A stretch of 64,000 nucleotides of DNA, from NCBI GenBank assembly GCA_963974595.1, contig CAXBDA010000001.1, positions 39,657-103,656 on the forward strand. Direction: 5' to 3'. The position numbers and the translations under genes are program-made. Under the pieces are notes generated by a model. It saw only the letters and a list, made by a program, of their open reading frames with translations. It did not search any database and had not been told where the DNA came from. The DNA is from an uncultured Oleiphilus sp. (GTDB taxonomy: Bacteria > Pseudomonadota > Gammaproteobacteria > Pseudomonadales > Oleiphilaceae). This document shows, one piece after another, positions 9,719 to 19,246 of this stretch (its first letter is position 1; the number at the start of each line of letters is the position of its first letter).

Positions 9719-11899
9719 ATGGCCAAATCATTTTTTATCGCACCAACTGCCAAGAATGCTGGTTTGACTTCTGTCAGCTTAGGTTTACTTAGAGCTCTTG
9801 ATGAAATCGGTGTTCGCGTTGGTTTTTTTAAACCGCTCACTCAAATAAACCAGTCAAAAGAAGATAATTCAATTCATTTTGCTAAAGCCATCAATCATGT
9901 CACAACACCTGGCGCCATTCATATTTCAGAAGCGCAGGCTTATATCAGCAGAGGTGATAAAGGTTTGTTGATGGAAAAAATCGCCGAAAACTTCCACCAT
10001 GTTAAGCAAAATTACGACGTCATCATCATAGAGGGTATCGTCCCCGTACAAGATCAGGCTTACTCTTCTGAATTAAATAAAGACGTTGCCAGCAGCCTGG
10101 ATGCCGAAATTATTTTATTAGCACCTATGAGCTCGCTGACGTTACCCCATACTGCCAAACAACTAGACAGCCATATTCGCAATGCGATTGGTACGTTTGG
10201 GGCAGTCAAGAAAAGCATTATTGGCTGTATTTTAAATAAAGTGAGCCCTAGTGGTTATTCAGACTCGAATGAAAATGGTTTACATATTTCTGAAAATACG
10301 CAAGCAAATATTGCAGCATTATCAAGTAACTCAGCAAGTATTGAATTTATTGATGACTGTAATGTCTTTTCAAGCAGCTTTAAATTGATCGGTCAAATAC
10401 CACTTCAGTCGCACCTCCAAGCACCAAGAGTAAAAGATATAGCCAGTGAGTTTAATTTTTCCCCCGTATCAATAAATGAAAATACAACAATAGATTCATA
10501 CTATGATTTAAGCCGACGTGTATTAAAAATCTCAATCTGCGCACGCAGTGTCTCTAATCTGATCAGCGCATTAACACCAGGCTGCTTGCTCGTCACACCT
10601 GGCGATCGAAGTGATGTTATTCTTGCTGCTTGTATGGCCGCTCAGAATGGTACGCCTTTAGCTGGCCTTATTCTAACAGGTGGTTATCAACCCGACCCGT
10701 CTATACTCTCACTGTGCCAGCCTGCACTTAAAAATGGCCTACCTTTATTAATCACAAAAAGAGATACCTTCGAAACAGCGATTAAACTTTCAGGCTTGGA
10801 AAACAAGGTTCCCCTAGACGACTTGGATCGCATAAATGATGTGATGCGCACCGTAGCAGGTCATTTAGATACCGACTGGTTAAAACAACATTGCGATAAA
10901 GAACGCGCCACCCGTTTATCACCCTCTGCCTTTAGATATTTACTCTCGGAAAATGCAAGATCTGCAAATAAAACTATAGTACTTCCTGAAGGGAATGAAC
11001 CCAGAACTGTGTGTGCGGCAGCCATATGTCATGTCAGAGGTCTGGCAAAATGTATTCTTATTGGTAAACCGGACGAAATAGAATTAGTTGCCAAATCACA
11101 GGGGGTAACACTGCCCACTGATATTAAAATCATTGACCCTGACGAGGTTAGACAACGCTACGTTGAGCCCATGACAAAACTACGAAAATGTAAAGGCGTT
11201 AGCCCTCAAATGGCACTCGCCATGCTCGAAGATAACGTTGTATTAGCAACCATGATGGTTGCGCTAGACGAAGTAGACGGGCTGGTGTCTGGCGCCGTGC
11301 ATACCACTGCCAATACGGTACGCCCCGCCCTTCAGCTCATAAAAACAACACCCCACGCAAAAGTGGTATCGTCTGTTTTCTTTATGTGCCTTCCCGAACA
11401 AGTTCTGGTCTATGGCGATTGCGCTATCAATCCAGACCCCGATGCCGAGCAATTAGCTGACATAGCCATACAAAGCGCCGATTCTGCGAGGGCTTTCGGC
11501 ATTGAACCTAAAGTCGCCATGATCAGTTACAGCACAGGTCAAAGCGGACAAGGGCACGATGTTGATAAAGTTCGCGAAGCCACTAAAATCGCTCAACGTA
11601 AACGGCCCGACATATTAATTGATGGCCCGCTTCAATACGATGCCGCTGCCATAGAAAGCGTAGCGCATAAAAAAGCACCTGATAGCCCCGTTGCCGGAAA
11701 AGCCACTGTGTTTATTTTCCCTGACTTAAATACGGGTAATACAACATATAAAGCAGTTCAAAGAAGCGCAGATGTGGTCAGCATAGGCCCTATGCTTCAA
11801 GGTTTAAGAAAACCGGTTAACGACCTCTCTCGAGGTGCGCTTGTTGAAGATATTGTATTCACTATTGCGCTGACAGCGGTCCAAGCCAGCCAACATTAA
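9719..11899 (+). CDS. pta: phosphate acetyltransferase (long form with DRTGG/AAA-like N-terminal region)
   Basis: 726 aa. The C-terminal PTA_PTB domain shows GLVSGAVHTTA and PDLNTGNTTYKAVQR. ackA-pta synteny is present. Confidence 0.95.
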   Translation: MAKSFFIAPTAKNAGLTSVSLGLLRALDEIGVRVGFFKPLTQINQSKEDNSIHFAKAINHVTTPGAIHISEAQAYISRGDKGLLMEKIAENFHHVKQNYDVIIIEGIVPVQDQAYSSELNKDVASSLDAEIILLAPMSSLTLPHTAKQLDSHIRNAIGTFGAVKKSIIGCILNKVSPSGYSDSNENGLHISENTQANIAALSSNSASIEFIDDCNVFSSSFKLIGQIPLQSHLQAPRVKDIASEFNFSPVSINENTTIDSYYDLSRRVLKISICARSVSNLISALTPGCLLVTPGDRSDVILAACMAAQNGTPLAGLILTGGYQPDPSILSLCQPALKNGLPLLITKRDTFETAIKLSGLENKVPLDDLDRINDVMRTVAGHLDTDWLKQHCDKERATRLSPSAFRYLLSENARSANKTIVLPEGNEPRTVCAAAICHVRGLAKCILIGKPDEIELVAKSQGVTLPTDIKIIDPDEVRQRYVEPMTKLRKCKGVSPQMALAMLEDNVVLATMMVALDEVDGLVSGAVHTTANTVRPALQLIKTTPHAKVVSSVFFMCLPEQVLVYGDCAINPDPDAEQLADIAIQSADSARAFGIEPKVAMISYSTGQSGQGHDVDKVREATKIAQRKRPDILIDGPLQYDAAAIESVAHKKAPDSPVAGKATVFIFPDLNTGNTTYKAVQRSADVVSIGPMLQGLRKPVNDLSRGALVEDIVFTIALTAVQASQH

Positions 11900-11920
11900 T
11901 CAGGTGAATATCATTATATA

Positions 11921-11951
11921 AAGCCGGCCAATTTAAAATAGCTGGCTTTTT
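11921..11951 (+). terminator. rho-independent terminator after pta
   Basis: AAGCCGGC ... GCTGGCTT stem (one G:U) followed by TTTTTTT. Confidence 0.65.
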
Positions 11952-11967
11952 TTGCACCACAAAAAAA

Positions 11968-11983
11968 TACTACATATAGTTTT
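11968..11983. promoter_or_regulatory. NrdR-box-like palindrome (distal)
   Basis: atACTACATATAGTtt compared with the remembered NrdR consensus acaCwAtATaTwGtgt. Confidence 0.4.
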
Positions 11984-12132
11984 TCTTAAAATATTAGTGC
12001 CCACTAATTTCGTAAGCTACTGTCAGACACGCCCTACAAAAAACACGTTATTTCTTATGTATTTTTCTTGACAGAATTTAGCCTTACTCTTCTTATCTAC
12101 ACTTAAAAATAATACAAATTAAACTTCACAAA

Positions 12133-12212
12133 ACACAATATGCTGTTATAATTTTTCAAATACTACCAACATGTAGTAACAAGTAGAACAAAAGCACTAC
12201 TATATGTAGATA
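12133..12212. promoter_or_regulatory. array of three NrdR-box-like sites spaced about 31-33 bp apart
   Basis: acaCAATATGCTGtta (12133-12148), tacCAACATGTAGtaa (12164-12179) and ctaCTATATGTAGata (12197-12212). Centre-to-centre spacing is about 31 and 33 bp, roughly three helical turns. Confidence 0.45.
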
Positions 12213-12338
12213 GAAAATAGATCATGGAAGCGCCTTTTCACAGGTTAGATCGCACTAAAAAACTTTACGCTCAACGAGTTATCTGCCAAAAGTTCAATTT
12301 AGTATTAAGTAGCCTGCCTACCAGTAATAAAAACACAA

Positions 12339-12354
12339 ACACTATATATAGTTA
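12339..12354. promoter_or_regulatory. NrdR-box-like palindrome (proximal, best match)
   Basis: acaCTATATATAGtta, a near-perfect match to the NrdR box, about 60 bp upstream of the nrdJa start. Confidence 0.55.
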
Positions 12355-12413
12355 TGATGAACTGACTGTACCACGATCAATATTTTTCAGTTCAACAGAT
12401 CAATCACCTTACA

Positions 12414-14573
12414 ATGTCTAACCAGAGGTCACACATGAACGCTAAAGTTGAACCACTCGTTTCACCACTTCCTATGCAAGCTGCTTCCCAAGATATCTGG
12501 CATACAAAATATCAATTAAAAACAAAAACCGGCGCTGCCGTCGATACGGATATAGACGGTACTTACGAACGTGTTGCGCGCGCTTTATCCGAAGTGGAAG
12601 ACGAGTCAAAACGTGACTCTGTTTATAAAGATTTTAAATGGGCACTGAAACATGGCGTCATTCCCGCAGGCCGAATTATGTCTAATGCGGGCGCAGGTGA
12701 GCATAAACCAGCAACGTCAACAATTAACTGCACGGTATCTGGTACTGTCTTCGACTCCATGGATGACATTCTTCTAAAGAATCATGAAGCTGGGCTAACC
12801 TTAAAGGCCGGTTGTGGTATTGGTTATGAATTTTCAACATTACGACCAAAAGGTGCTTATGTCGCAGGCGCGGGAGCAACGACTTCTGGCCCGCTATCCT
12901 TTATGGACATCTTCGATAAAATGTGTTTTACCGTTTCCTCTGCGGGCGGCCGTCGTGGGGCGCAGATGGCAACATTTGACGTTCATCACCCGGATGTATT
13001 GGATTTTGTGCGCGCCAAGCGTGAAGATGCTCGCCTTCGTCAGTTCAACTTATCTTTATTGATTACGGAAGACTTTATCGAAGCCGTTCGTACTGATGCT
13101 GACTGGCAGCTTTCTTTCCCAGTAACAGCCGAAGAAGTTGCTGAGGATCAATTAGACCTTAGTGATGCAACACAATTTACTTATCGTCGATTTCCAGTTA
13201 AAACCGGTTATGTCTCAAATGAGAAAGGCCTGGTTGCTTGTAGAATTTATAATACTGTCAAAGCCAAATTCATTTGGGACAGCATCATGACTTCGACCTA
13301 TGATTTTGCTGAACCTGGCTTTATTTTGATCGATAAAGTCAATGAAATGAACAACAACTGGTTTTGTGAAAACATCCGCGCAACAAACCCTTGTGGCGAG
13401 CAACCTCTTCCCCCTTACGGAAGCTGTTTGTTAGGTTCTGTAAACTTAACGAAATTTGTAGAGCGTCCGTTTACTGACAAAGCATCCTTTAATTTCGATA
13501 AATACAAAAAAGCAGTCGGTATTTTTACCCGCATGCTAGATAACGTTGTAGAAATCAATGGCTTACCACTAATCGGTCAGCGCAATGAAATTAATTTTAA
13601 ACGTCGTCATGGTATGGGCATTTTGGGTTTAGGCTCAACCTTAACCATGATGAAAATGGCATATGGCTCTAAAAAGTCAATAACTTTCACAGAACAAGTA
13701 AACCGTGAAATGGCATTAGAAGGCTGGAGACAAGGTTTAGCATTATCTGAAGAGAAAGGCCCAGCTCCGATCATGGAAGAAAGTTTTATCGTAGATGAAG
13801 AAATGCTAACGAAAAGACCTGAAATGCGCAAAGATGGCTATAACGTTGGCGATGAAGTAAAAGGCCGGGTTTTACACGCACGCTACAGCCGTTACATGCA
13901 AAAAGTAGCTGAATTCGAACCCGCGTTGATTAAAGAGTTAGCAGAAAAAGGCGCACGCTTCACCCATCATACGTCTATCGCGCCAACTGGCACTATTTCT
14001 TTATCTCTTGCCAATAACGCAAGCAATGGTATTGAACCAAGTTTTGCTCACCATTACGCGCGTAACATTATTCGAGAAGGCAAAAAGACCAAAGAAAAGG
14101 TTGATGTCTTCTCTTACGAACTTTTAGCGTATCGCCACTTGATTAACCCTTCGGCAATGCCTTTTAGCCAAGAAGAAACAACCAAACTTCCTGAGTATTT
14201 TGTCTCTGCTGATGAAGTAACACCAAAGCAGCATGTTGATATTCAAGCCGCTGCGCAAATCTGGGTTGATTCATCCATATCAAAAACAGCGAATATCCCA
14301 ACTGATTTCCCTTACAACGAGTTCAAAGATATTTACATGTACGCTTATGAGCAAGGTCTCAAGGGCTGCACAACGTTTAGATTCAACCCTGAAGCATTTC
14401 AAGGTGTTTTAGTGAAAGAATCAGATCTTGAAAATACATCTTATGAATTCACATTAGAAGATGGCACCAAGATTACGGCAAAAGGCAATGAAGAGATTGA
14501 ATACGATGGCGAGATGCATTCTGCTGCAAATCTATTTGATGCCTTAAAAGAAGGGACATACGGGAAGTACTAA
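12414..14573 (+). CDS. nrdJ: class II (adenosylcobalamin-dependent) ribonucleotide reductase, large N-terminal fragment NrdJa
   Basis: 719 aa with RNR catalytic-core motifs (NPCGEQPL, SCLLGSVNL, SIAPTGTISL). It lacks the C-terminal Cys-rich tail, which sits on the next ORF. The ATG at 12435 has the better SD (AGAGG), so the true start may be there. Confidence 0.9.
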   Translation: MSNQRSHMNAKVEPLVSPLPMQAASQDIWHTKYQLKTKTGAAVDTDIDGTYERVARALSEVEDESKRDSVYKDFKWALKHGVIPAGRIMSNAGAGEHKPATSTINCTVSGTVFDSMDDILLKNHEAGLTLKAGCGIGYEFSTLRPKGAYVAGAGATTSGPLSFMDIFDKMCFTVSSAGGRRGAQMATFDVHHPDVLDFVRAKREDARLRQFNLSLLITEDFIEAVRTDADWQLSFPVTAEEVAEDQLDLSDATQFTYRRFPVKTGYVSNEKGLVACRIYNTVKAKFIWDSIMTSTYDFAEPGFILIDKVNEMNNNWFCENIRATNPCGEQPLPPYGSCLLGSVNLTKFVERPFTDKASFNFDKYKKAVGIFTRMLDNVVEINGLPLIGQRNEINFKRRHGMGILGLGSTLTMMKMAYGSKKSITFTEQVNREMALEGWRQGLALSEEKGPAPIMEESFIVDEEMLTKRPEMRKDGYNVGDEVKGRVLHARYSRYMQKVAEFEPALIKELAEKGARFTHHTSIAPTGTISLSLANNASNGIEPSFAHHYARNIIREGKKTKEKVDVFSYELLAYRHLINPSAMPFSQEETTKLPEYFVSADEVTPKQHVDIQAAAQIWVDSSISKTANIPTDFPYNEFKDIYMYAYEQGLKGCTTFRFNPEAFQGVLVKESDLENTSYEFTLEDGTKITAKGNEEIEYDGEMHSAANLFDALKEGTYGKY

Positions 14574-14668
14574 ACCCGTCATCTAAAGGGTGTTTATGCA
14601 CCCTTGCTACACTTATTTTATACATGTAGCTGGCTAACCTAGCTACATAAGGAACACAGGTAAATATC

Positions 14669-15349
14669 ATGGCGATTAAAATCGAAAAGAAAATTGTCGG
14701 TTATCAGGTAAAAACAAACCAAGAGACAATTCAAGCACCTAGCACCCCTAAAGTTGTGCCAATAGAAATGAATGAGTCAGTGAAACGACCAGACTTTTTA
14801 TTAGGTTCAACCTATAAAATTAAGCCGCCCGTTTCAGAGCATGCTTTATATATTACGATAAACGATATTATCCTTAACGAGGATACAGACCATGAAGCAC
14901 GTCGACCTTATGAAGTATTTATTAATTCGAAATCAATGGAACACTACCAATGGGTTATCGCATTAACACGTGTTATTTCAGCGGTGTTCAGAAAGGGGGG
15001 GGATATCACTTTCCTGATTGAAGAATTATCTTCCGTATACGACCCGAATGGCGGTTATTATAAGAAAGGTGGTGTGTACATGCCTTCTTTGGTGGCAGAA
15101 ATAAGCTCTGTCATCGAAAAGCATATGAAAACAATCGGCCTGATCGAGACAGAAGAATTAAGCGACACAACCAAGCAAATATTAGCTGAAAAGAAAGCAC
15201 AATTTGACCAAAAAACAAATGATGCGCCAGTCGAAGACAACCCCTTCCCTGCAAACGCCAGCTTATGTAAAAAATGCCACAACAAATCTGTGATTGTGAT
15301 GGACGGCTGTAAAACCTGTCTTAACTGTGGTGACAGTAAGTGTGGTTGA
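14669..15349 (+). CDS. nrdJ: class II ribonucleotide reductase C-terminal fragment NrdJb
   Basis: 226 aa ending in the zinc-ribbon-like CKKCHNKSVIVMDGCKTCLNCGDSKCG. A split NrdJa/NrdJb arrangement is known in Pseudomonas. Confidence 0.8.
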   Translation: MAIKIEKKIVGYQVKTNQETIQAPSTPKVVPIEMNESVKRPDFLLGSTYKIKPPVSEHALYITINDIILNEDTDHEARRPYEVFINSKSMEHYQWVIALTRVISAVFRKGGDITFLIEELSSVYDPNGGYYKKGGVYMPSLVAEISSVIEKHMKTIGLIETEELSDTTKQILAEKKAQFDQKTNDAPVEDNPFPANASLCKKCHNKSVIVMDGCKTCLNCGDSKCG

Positions 15350-15395
15350 GAATTTAAAACTGTAACGCTATCCAAGCACTCTTCTAACTACCTAT

Positions 15396-15428
15396 AGCCC
15401 ACTCTAACTCAGTTATAGTGGGCTTTTT
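15396..15428 (+). terminator. rho-independent terminator after nrdJb
   Basis: AGCCCACT ... AGTGGGCT 8-bp stem followed by a T run. Confidence 0.6.
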
Positions 15429-15538
15429 AGTTTGAACTAGCTGGCCAAAAAGAGATCTGCCTTATACCTAACATCCTGCTATCCTTTATAGTGTGAACAC
15501 CAGTCATATTTTTATTCTCAAGAGCCAGGAGCAAATGA

Positions 15539-16978
15539 GTGTTATTTTCTAGCGCACCCTCTAAAAAACTAATTTCCGCAGAAAACCGTCTAAACAATGC
15601 AACTAATTACACTCAATGGTGTGAAGCGGCACGTGATCACGATGTTTTAACGGGGGCTTGTCACTGGAAAAAACAAGAAGAAACCAGAGAGTATGACCAT
15701 AGACAAATCCGGCACCGCCTCAACACTTTACGTATACACCGTAAAAATAACGATAATGCCAGTTTGTTATTCTCTTTGAATGAAGGTATTCATGGCAACA
15801 TGGGCGGCATGGGACAATCGGTACTGTATAACCACGCCAAATTGGGTACCAAGATTCTGATTGAAGAGTATGTTGAAGAAATTGTCAGCGCACTTGAACA
15901 GATCGCCAGCCTCGATAACAATGAAATCAGCTTAGACCAAAAACTCGATTTCTTTCAGCGAGCCAGCTTGTGTTATGGACGAACAGCGTTAATGCTGAGT
16001 GGCGGAGGGGCTTTAGGCCATTTTCATATTGGTGTGGTTAAATCTTTATTGGAACAGGATTTATTACCCAGTGTCATTTCAGGCGCAAGTGCTGGCTCAG
16101 TCATCACGGCCATTTTTGGCAGCCATACCAACCCAGAACTGAAAGAGCTAATCAACCCCGTCAGACTCCTTTCTGAAGCCAAAGAAAATGCTGGTTGGTT
16201 AAAAAAGTTACTCTACGGTAAAAAACAAAGAGCCAATATCAACGATTTTGAAGAGCTGGTTTTAAATCGATTAGTACCCGACTTAACCTTTCAAGAAGCC
16301 TATGAACTAACAGGCCGCCGAATTAATATCTCGGTAGCGCCTGCCGAGTTGCATCAAACATCTCGTTTACTTAATGCCATCACCTCCCCCAACGTGTATA
16401 TCCGTAAAGCCGTGTTAGCTTCGTGCGCTGTTCCGGGCATTTACCCTTCAGTGATGCTTGAGGCGAAAAATGAACATGGTGAACGCCAGCCTTATTTACC
16501 GACACGACGCTGGATAGATGGTTCATTTAGTGATGACTTACCGGCAAAACGTTTAGCGCGTTTATATGATGTAAATCATTATATTGGCAGTCTGATCAAT
16601 CCGATTGTCTTATTTAGTAAAGACGGTTGGGAAAATACACGCATTCCGTCCTGGGTACGCTGGTTGACACATAAAAGCGCACAACGAATCGCAAAAGCCA
16701 CCTGTACGCTTAGCCAAAAATATACCCCGAAATGGACGCTATTCAACGTCGCAGTCAATACTGTCGCTTCGGTTCTAAACCAAGAATATACTGCAAACAT
16801 TAACGTCTACCCTGACTTTCGAGAGTTTGATTTTCGCCAAATACTCAGCCCACTTGATGAAACAGAGCTATTAGCTTTAGTCAGACAGGGAGAGCTTGCA
16901 ACTTGGTCGCAAATGGAACGCATCAGAATTACCAGCAGAATTGAAGGTACACTCGACAAAATATTGAAACAACTTTAG
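15539..16978 (+). CDS. patatin-like phospholipase (DUF3336-type N-terminus)
   Basis: 479 aa with the oxyanion GGGALG, the nucleophile motif GASAGS and a DGS/DGG-type Asp (WIDGSF). The start at 15539 is GTG; no upstream in-frame ATG. Confidence 0.85.
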   Translation: MLFSSAPSKKLISAENRLNNATNYTQWCEAARDHDVLTGACHWKKQEETREYDHRQIRHRLNTLRIHRKNNDNASLLFSLNEGIHGNMGGMGQSVLYNHAKLGTKILIEEYVEEIVSALEQIASLDNNEISLDQKLDFFQRASLCYGRTALMLSGGGALGHFHIGVVKSLLEQDLLPSVISGASAGSVITAIFGSHTNPELKELINPVRLLSEAKENAGWLKKLLYGKKQRANINDFEELVLNRLVPDLTFQEAYELTGRRINISVAPAELHQTSRLLNAITSPNVYIRKAVLASCAVPGIYPSVMLEAKNEHGERQPYLPTRRWIDGSFSDDLPAKRLARLYDVNHYIGSLINPIVLFSKDGWENTRIPSWVRWLTHKSAQRIAKATCTLSQKYTPKWTLFNVAVNTVASVLNQEYTANINVYPDFREFDFRQILSPLDETELLALVRQGELATWSQMERIRITSRIEGTLDKILKQL

Positions 16979-17044
16979 CCAAAAAAGCCGAGGTTAAAAC
17001 TTAGTAGCGTGAAAAGAGGCTCTTCTCCGCTTTCGTGAGGTAAG

Positions 17045-17290
17045 TTACAGGCAAGTATAGAACATAGACTGATCATCAGGCATCGATGACTGCCTTATTT
17101 TGAGTTTGAAGTAGTCCGTATCTTTAATCCCTCTTGCTCGCTTTCGGATCATTCCGATACTCACATTTCCGGCTTCGATTCTGGCGCTGGTCAGCTTGTG
17201 TTTGGCGTAGTTGCAAATACCTTCACGGTGCTTCCTGAGTGACTTCGCAAATGTTTTTAAGTACGTCATGTTGGTTGACTCCGTTATCAC
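17045..17290 (-). pseudogene. ISL3-family transposase, C-terminal remnant
   Basis: 81 aa. FAKSLRKHREGICNYAKHKLTSARIEAGNVSIGMIRKRARGIKDTDYFKLKI matches the conserved ISL3 C-terminal pattern (TNgxxEGxNxxIKxxKRxAyGfrnxxnFrlri). The upstream part is in another frame or missing. Confidence 0.75.
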
Positions 17291-17440
17291 TTATCCATTC
17301 GCACCAATAAACTACATCATTGACTCCAACTCCATCAATGAGACATCCTTTATACAAACGACCGTCAGTGGCAATTAGTGTTACTGTTACATCCAGCTCT
17401 GGCAGCTTGTAGCATGTAGCGATATAGGATACAATTAATT

Positions 17441-17731
17441 ATGATTAAGACGTTCCGGGATCAGTGGCTGGATGACTATTACTTTCTTGGTGTTAAGTCG
17501 TCCAATATCCCCAGTACCATCGAGAGCGCTCTAAAGCGAAAGCTCGATATTATCCATGTCGCTCACGGCGAACAGGATTTAAGAATACCACCGGGTAACC
17601 GGTTCGAGCATTTGGAGGGAAAGCTAAAAGACTGGTGCTCGATCCGCGTGAACAAACAATACCGTCTGATATTCCTATGGGATGCAGGTGAAGCTAACGG
17701 GGTCTATCTGGATCCCCATACGTACAGGTAA
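17441..17731 (+). CDS. higB: HigB-family toxin (RelE/ParE superfamily, plasmid-maintenance killer type)
   Basis: 96 aa: MIKTFRDQWL...LRIPPGNRFEHLEGKLKDWCSIRVNKQYRLIF. This is the typical HigB-like toxin pattern, placed upstream of its antitoxin (toxin-first order is characteristic of hig). Confidence 0.85.
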   Translation: MIKTFRDQWLDDYYFLGVKSSNIPSTIESALKRKLDIIHVAHGEQDLRIPPGNRFEHLEGKLKDWCSIRVNKQYRLIFLWDAGEANGVYLDPHTYR

Positions 17732-17734
17732 GAG

Positions 17735-18061
17735 GTGAATATTATGGTTGAGGCACTAAGAATACCAGCTCATCAGCCTACTAGTGTGGGCGCCATGCTC
17801 AAAGAAGAATTTCTGGAGCCCTTGAGCATCACCCAGGGTGAACTGGCAAAAGCGATGGGTGTAGGCCGCAAAACCGTCAATGAACTTTGTGGTGGTCGTC
17901 GTGGTGTGACGGCAGAAACCGCTTTTTTGCTGGCAAAGGTTCTGGGAACCACGCCTGAGTTTTGGCTGAATCTCCAGTTCATAAATGATATGTGGGTGGC
18001 TAAGCACAACGAGGTGTTGGTTGAGAAACTGGAACACGCGCGACCCTTAGTGGCCGCCTAG
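17735..18061 (+). CDS. higA: HigA-family antitoxin (HTH, XRE-type)
   Basis: 108 aa: GAMLKEEFLEPLSITQGELAKAMGVGRKTVNELCGGRRGVTAETAFLLAKVLGTTPEFWLNLQ. Classical HigA/VapI pattern. The start may be the ATG at 17744. Confidence 0.85.
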   Translation: MNIMVEALRIPAHQPTSVGAMLKEEFLEPLSITQGELAKAMGVGRKTVNELCGGRRGVTAETAFLLAKVLGTTPEFWLNLQFINDMWVAKHNEVLVEKLEHARPLVAA

Positions 18062-18079
18062 ATGAATAATTAATGACAG

Positions 18080-18967
18080 ATGACGGCCAATGAAAAATTC
18101 CTGACCCAACGGCAACGTTACCAGCCCGTGACGTTGCCCCAGGATTTCTCCGATGAGGAAATGGTCAGGGACTGGACGCTATCGGAAGCCGACAAGAAGG
18201 AAGTCAATCGCTACCGCACCACTTCTCGCTTGTTCATTGTTATTCAACTTTGTGCTGTTCGGCTTTATGGCCGCTTCCTAGCGGAGGTCAACGCCCTGTC
18301 GCCGCGCATTGTGAGCTACCTCAGCGGCCAGTTTGAATTGCCGCCGTCACTGACCATCAACACCCCGGATCGGGATGCCACCTTTTCCGAACAACGCAAA
18401 AACATCCTAACTTATCTGGGCTTCACCAAATACGACGATACCGCGCAGAGCAACCTGGAAAACTGGCTATCCAGACAGGCCGAGCAAGGCTGCTTGCCTG
18501 ATGCAGCATTATTTCTGCGGGCAGAGCAATATCTTCTCAACGCCAAGGTGATTTTACCGGGACCAAGCATCATGGAGCGCTTGATTATCAGCGTTTGCTC
18601 CGAGGTGCATGAGCGATTGTTCGAGTCGCTTTACCAGCAACTATCAGCAGAAATCCGGCAGGTAATCGATGAACTTTTGATTGCACCACCAGGTGATCAA
18701 CGATCACCGTTCTACCTTCTGAAAGAATATCCGCCTTCGGCCACAGTCACTTCGATTCAAAGCTACCTGGAACGTTATCACTCACTGGAAGGGACCGATA
18801 TTGATGCTATCGAATCCCAAATCCTGGATCCGGCTTTTATGGATTACCTGTACAAGCTGGCCCGACGTTACAACGCCACGGCGGATCTGGATATTGTTGA
18901 AGAGCAGTGGGATGAAATGATTCATGTGGCCACGTCGTTAAAGGAGCGCACGCAACGACCATATTAA
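18080..18967 (+). pseudogene. Tn3-family transposase, internally deleted/truncated
   Basis: The N-terminal ~260 aa look like the DUF4158 region of Tn3 TnpA (WTLSEADKKEVNRYRTTSRLFIVIQLCAVRLYGRF). They are fused to a short piece resembling the far C-terminal region (EEQWDEMIHVATSLKERT). It is 295 aa versus about 1000 aa for an intact TnpA. Confidence 0.75.
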
Positions 18968-19246
18968 GTCTTTCTTCCAAGAGCCAATCTTGAGGACGTT
19001 TTTCCTGAACCATACGGCTTAACCTTTCAGAGGATACTGTTTCAAATTCTTGATTTTTGGCTTTAACAATCCATTTATTTAAGGTTGAAAAGCCAATACC
19101 TAATGATGTTGATACTTCTTTTAAACTGGTTTCTGAACCTCTGTTTAAGGCTTTTTCGACTGCTTGAATTTTAAACGATTGAGTGAAATTCCGCTTCATT
19201 TTTTACTACCTCTAACTAAAAATTAGAGGCGACAACTATTCTGACA
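18950..19246 (-). pseudogene. IS3-family element left end with truncated OrfA (HTH) gene
   Basis: The ORF from 19199 reads MKRNFTQSFKIQAVEKALNRGSETSLKEVSTSLGIGFSTLNKWIVKAKN...KRPQDWLLEERLNMV, which is IS3/IS911 OrfA-like. It loses similarity near ~18950, where it runs into Tn3-derived sequence. The putative terminus is TGTCAGAATAGTTGTCGCC (complement, ending at 19246). Confidence 0.65.

Noticed and set aside
11900-12413. Possible cobalamin riboswitch in the long nrdJ leader
   Set aside because: I could not find a B12-box-like element or GC-rich paired regions. The leader is very AT-rich and is better explained by NrdR-type operators.
12224-12421. 65-aa ORF in the nrdJ leader
   Set aside because: It sits inside the AT-rich regulatory leader, contains the best NrdR-box-like palindrome, has no SD and shows no recognisable protein features.
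17756-18037. Two antisense ORFs (93 and 78 aa) opposite higA
   Set aside because: They fully overlap the well-supported higA frame in locally GC-richer DNA and show no motifs.
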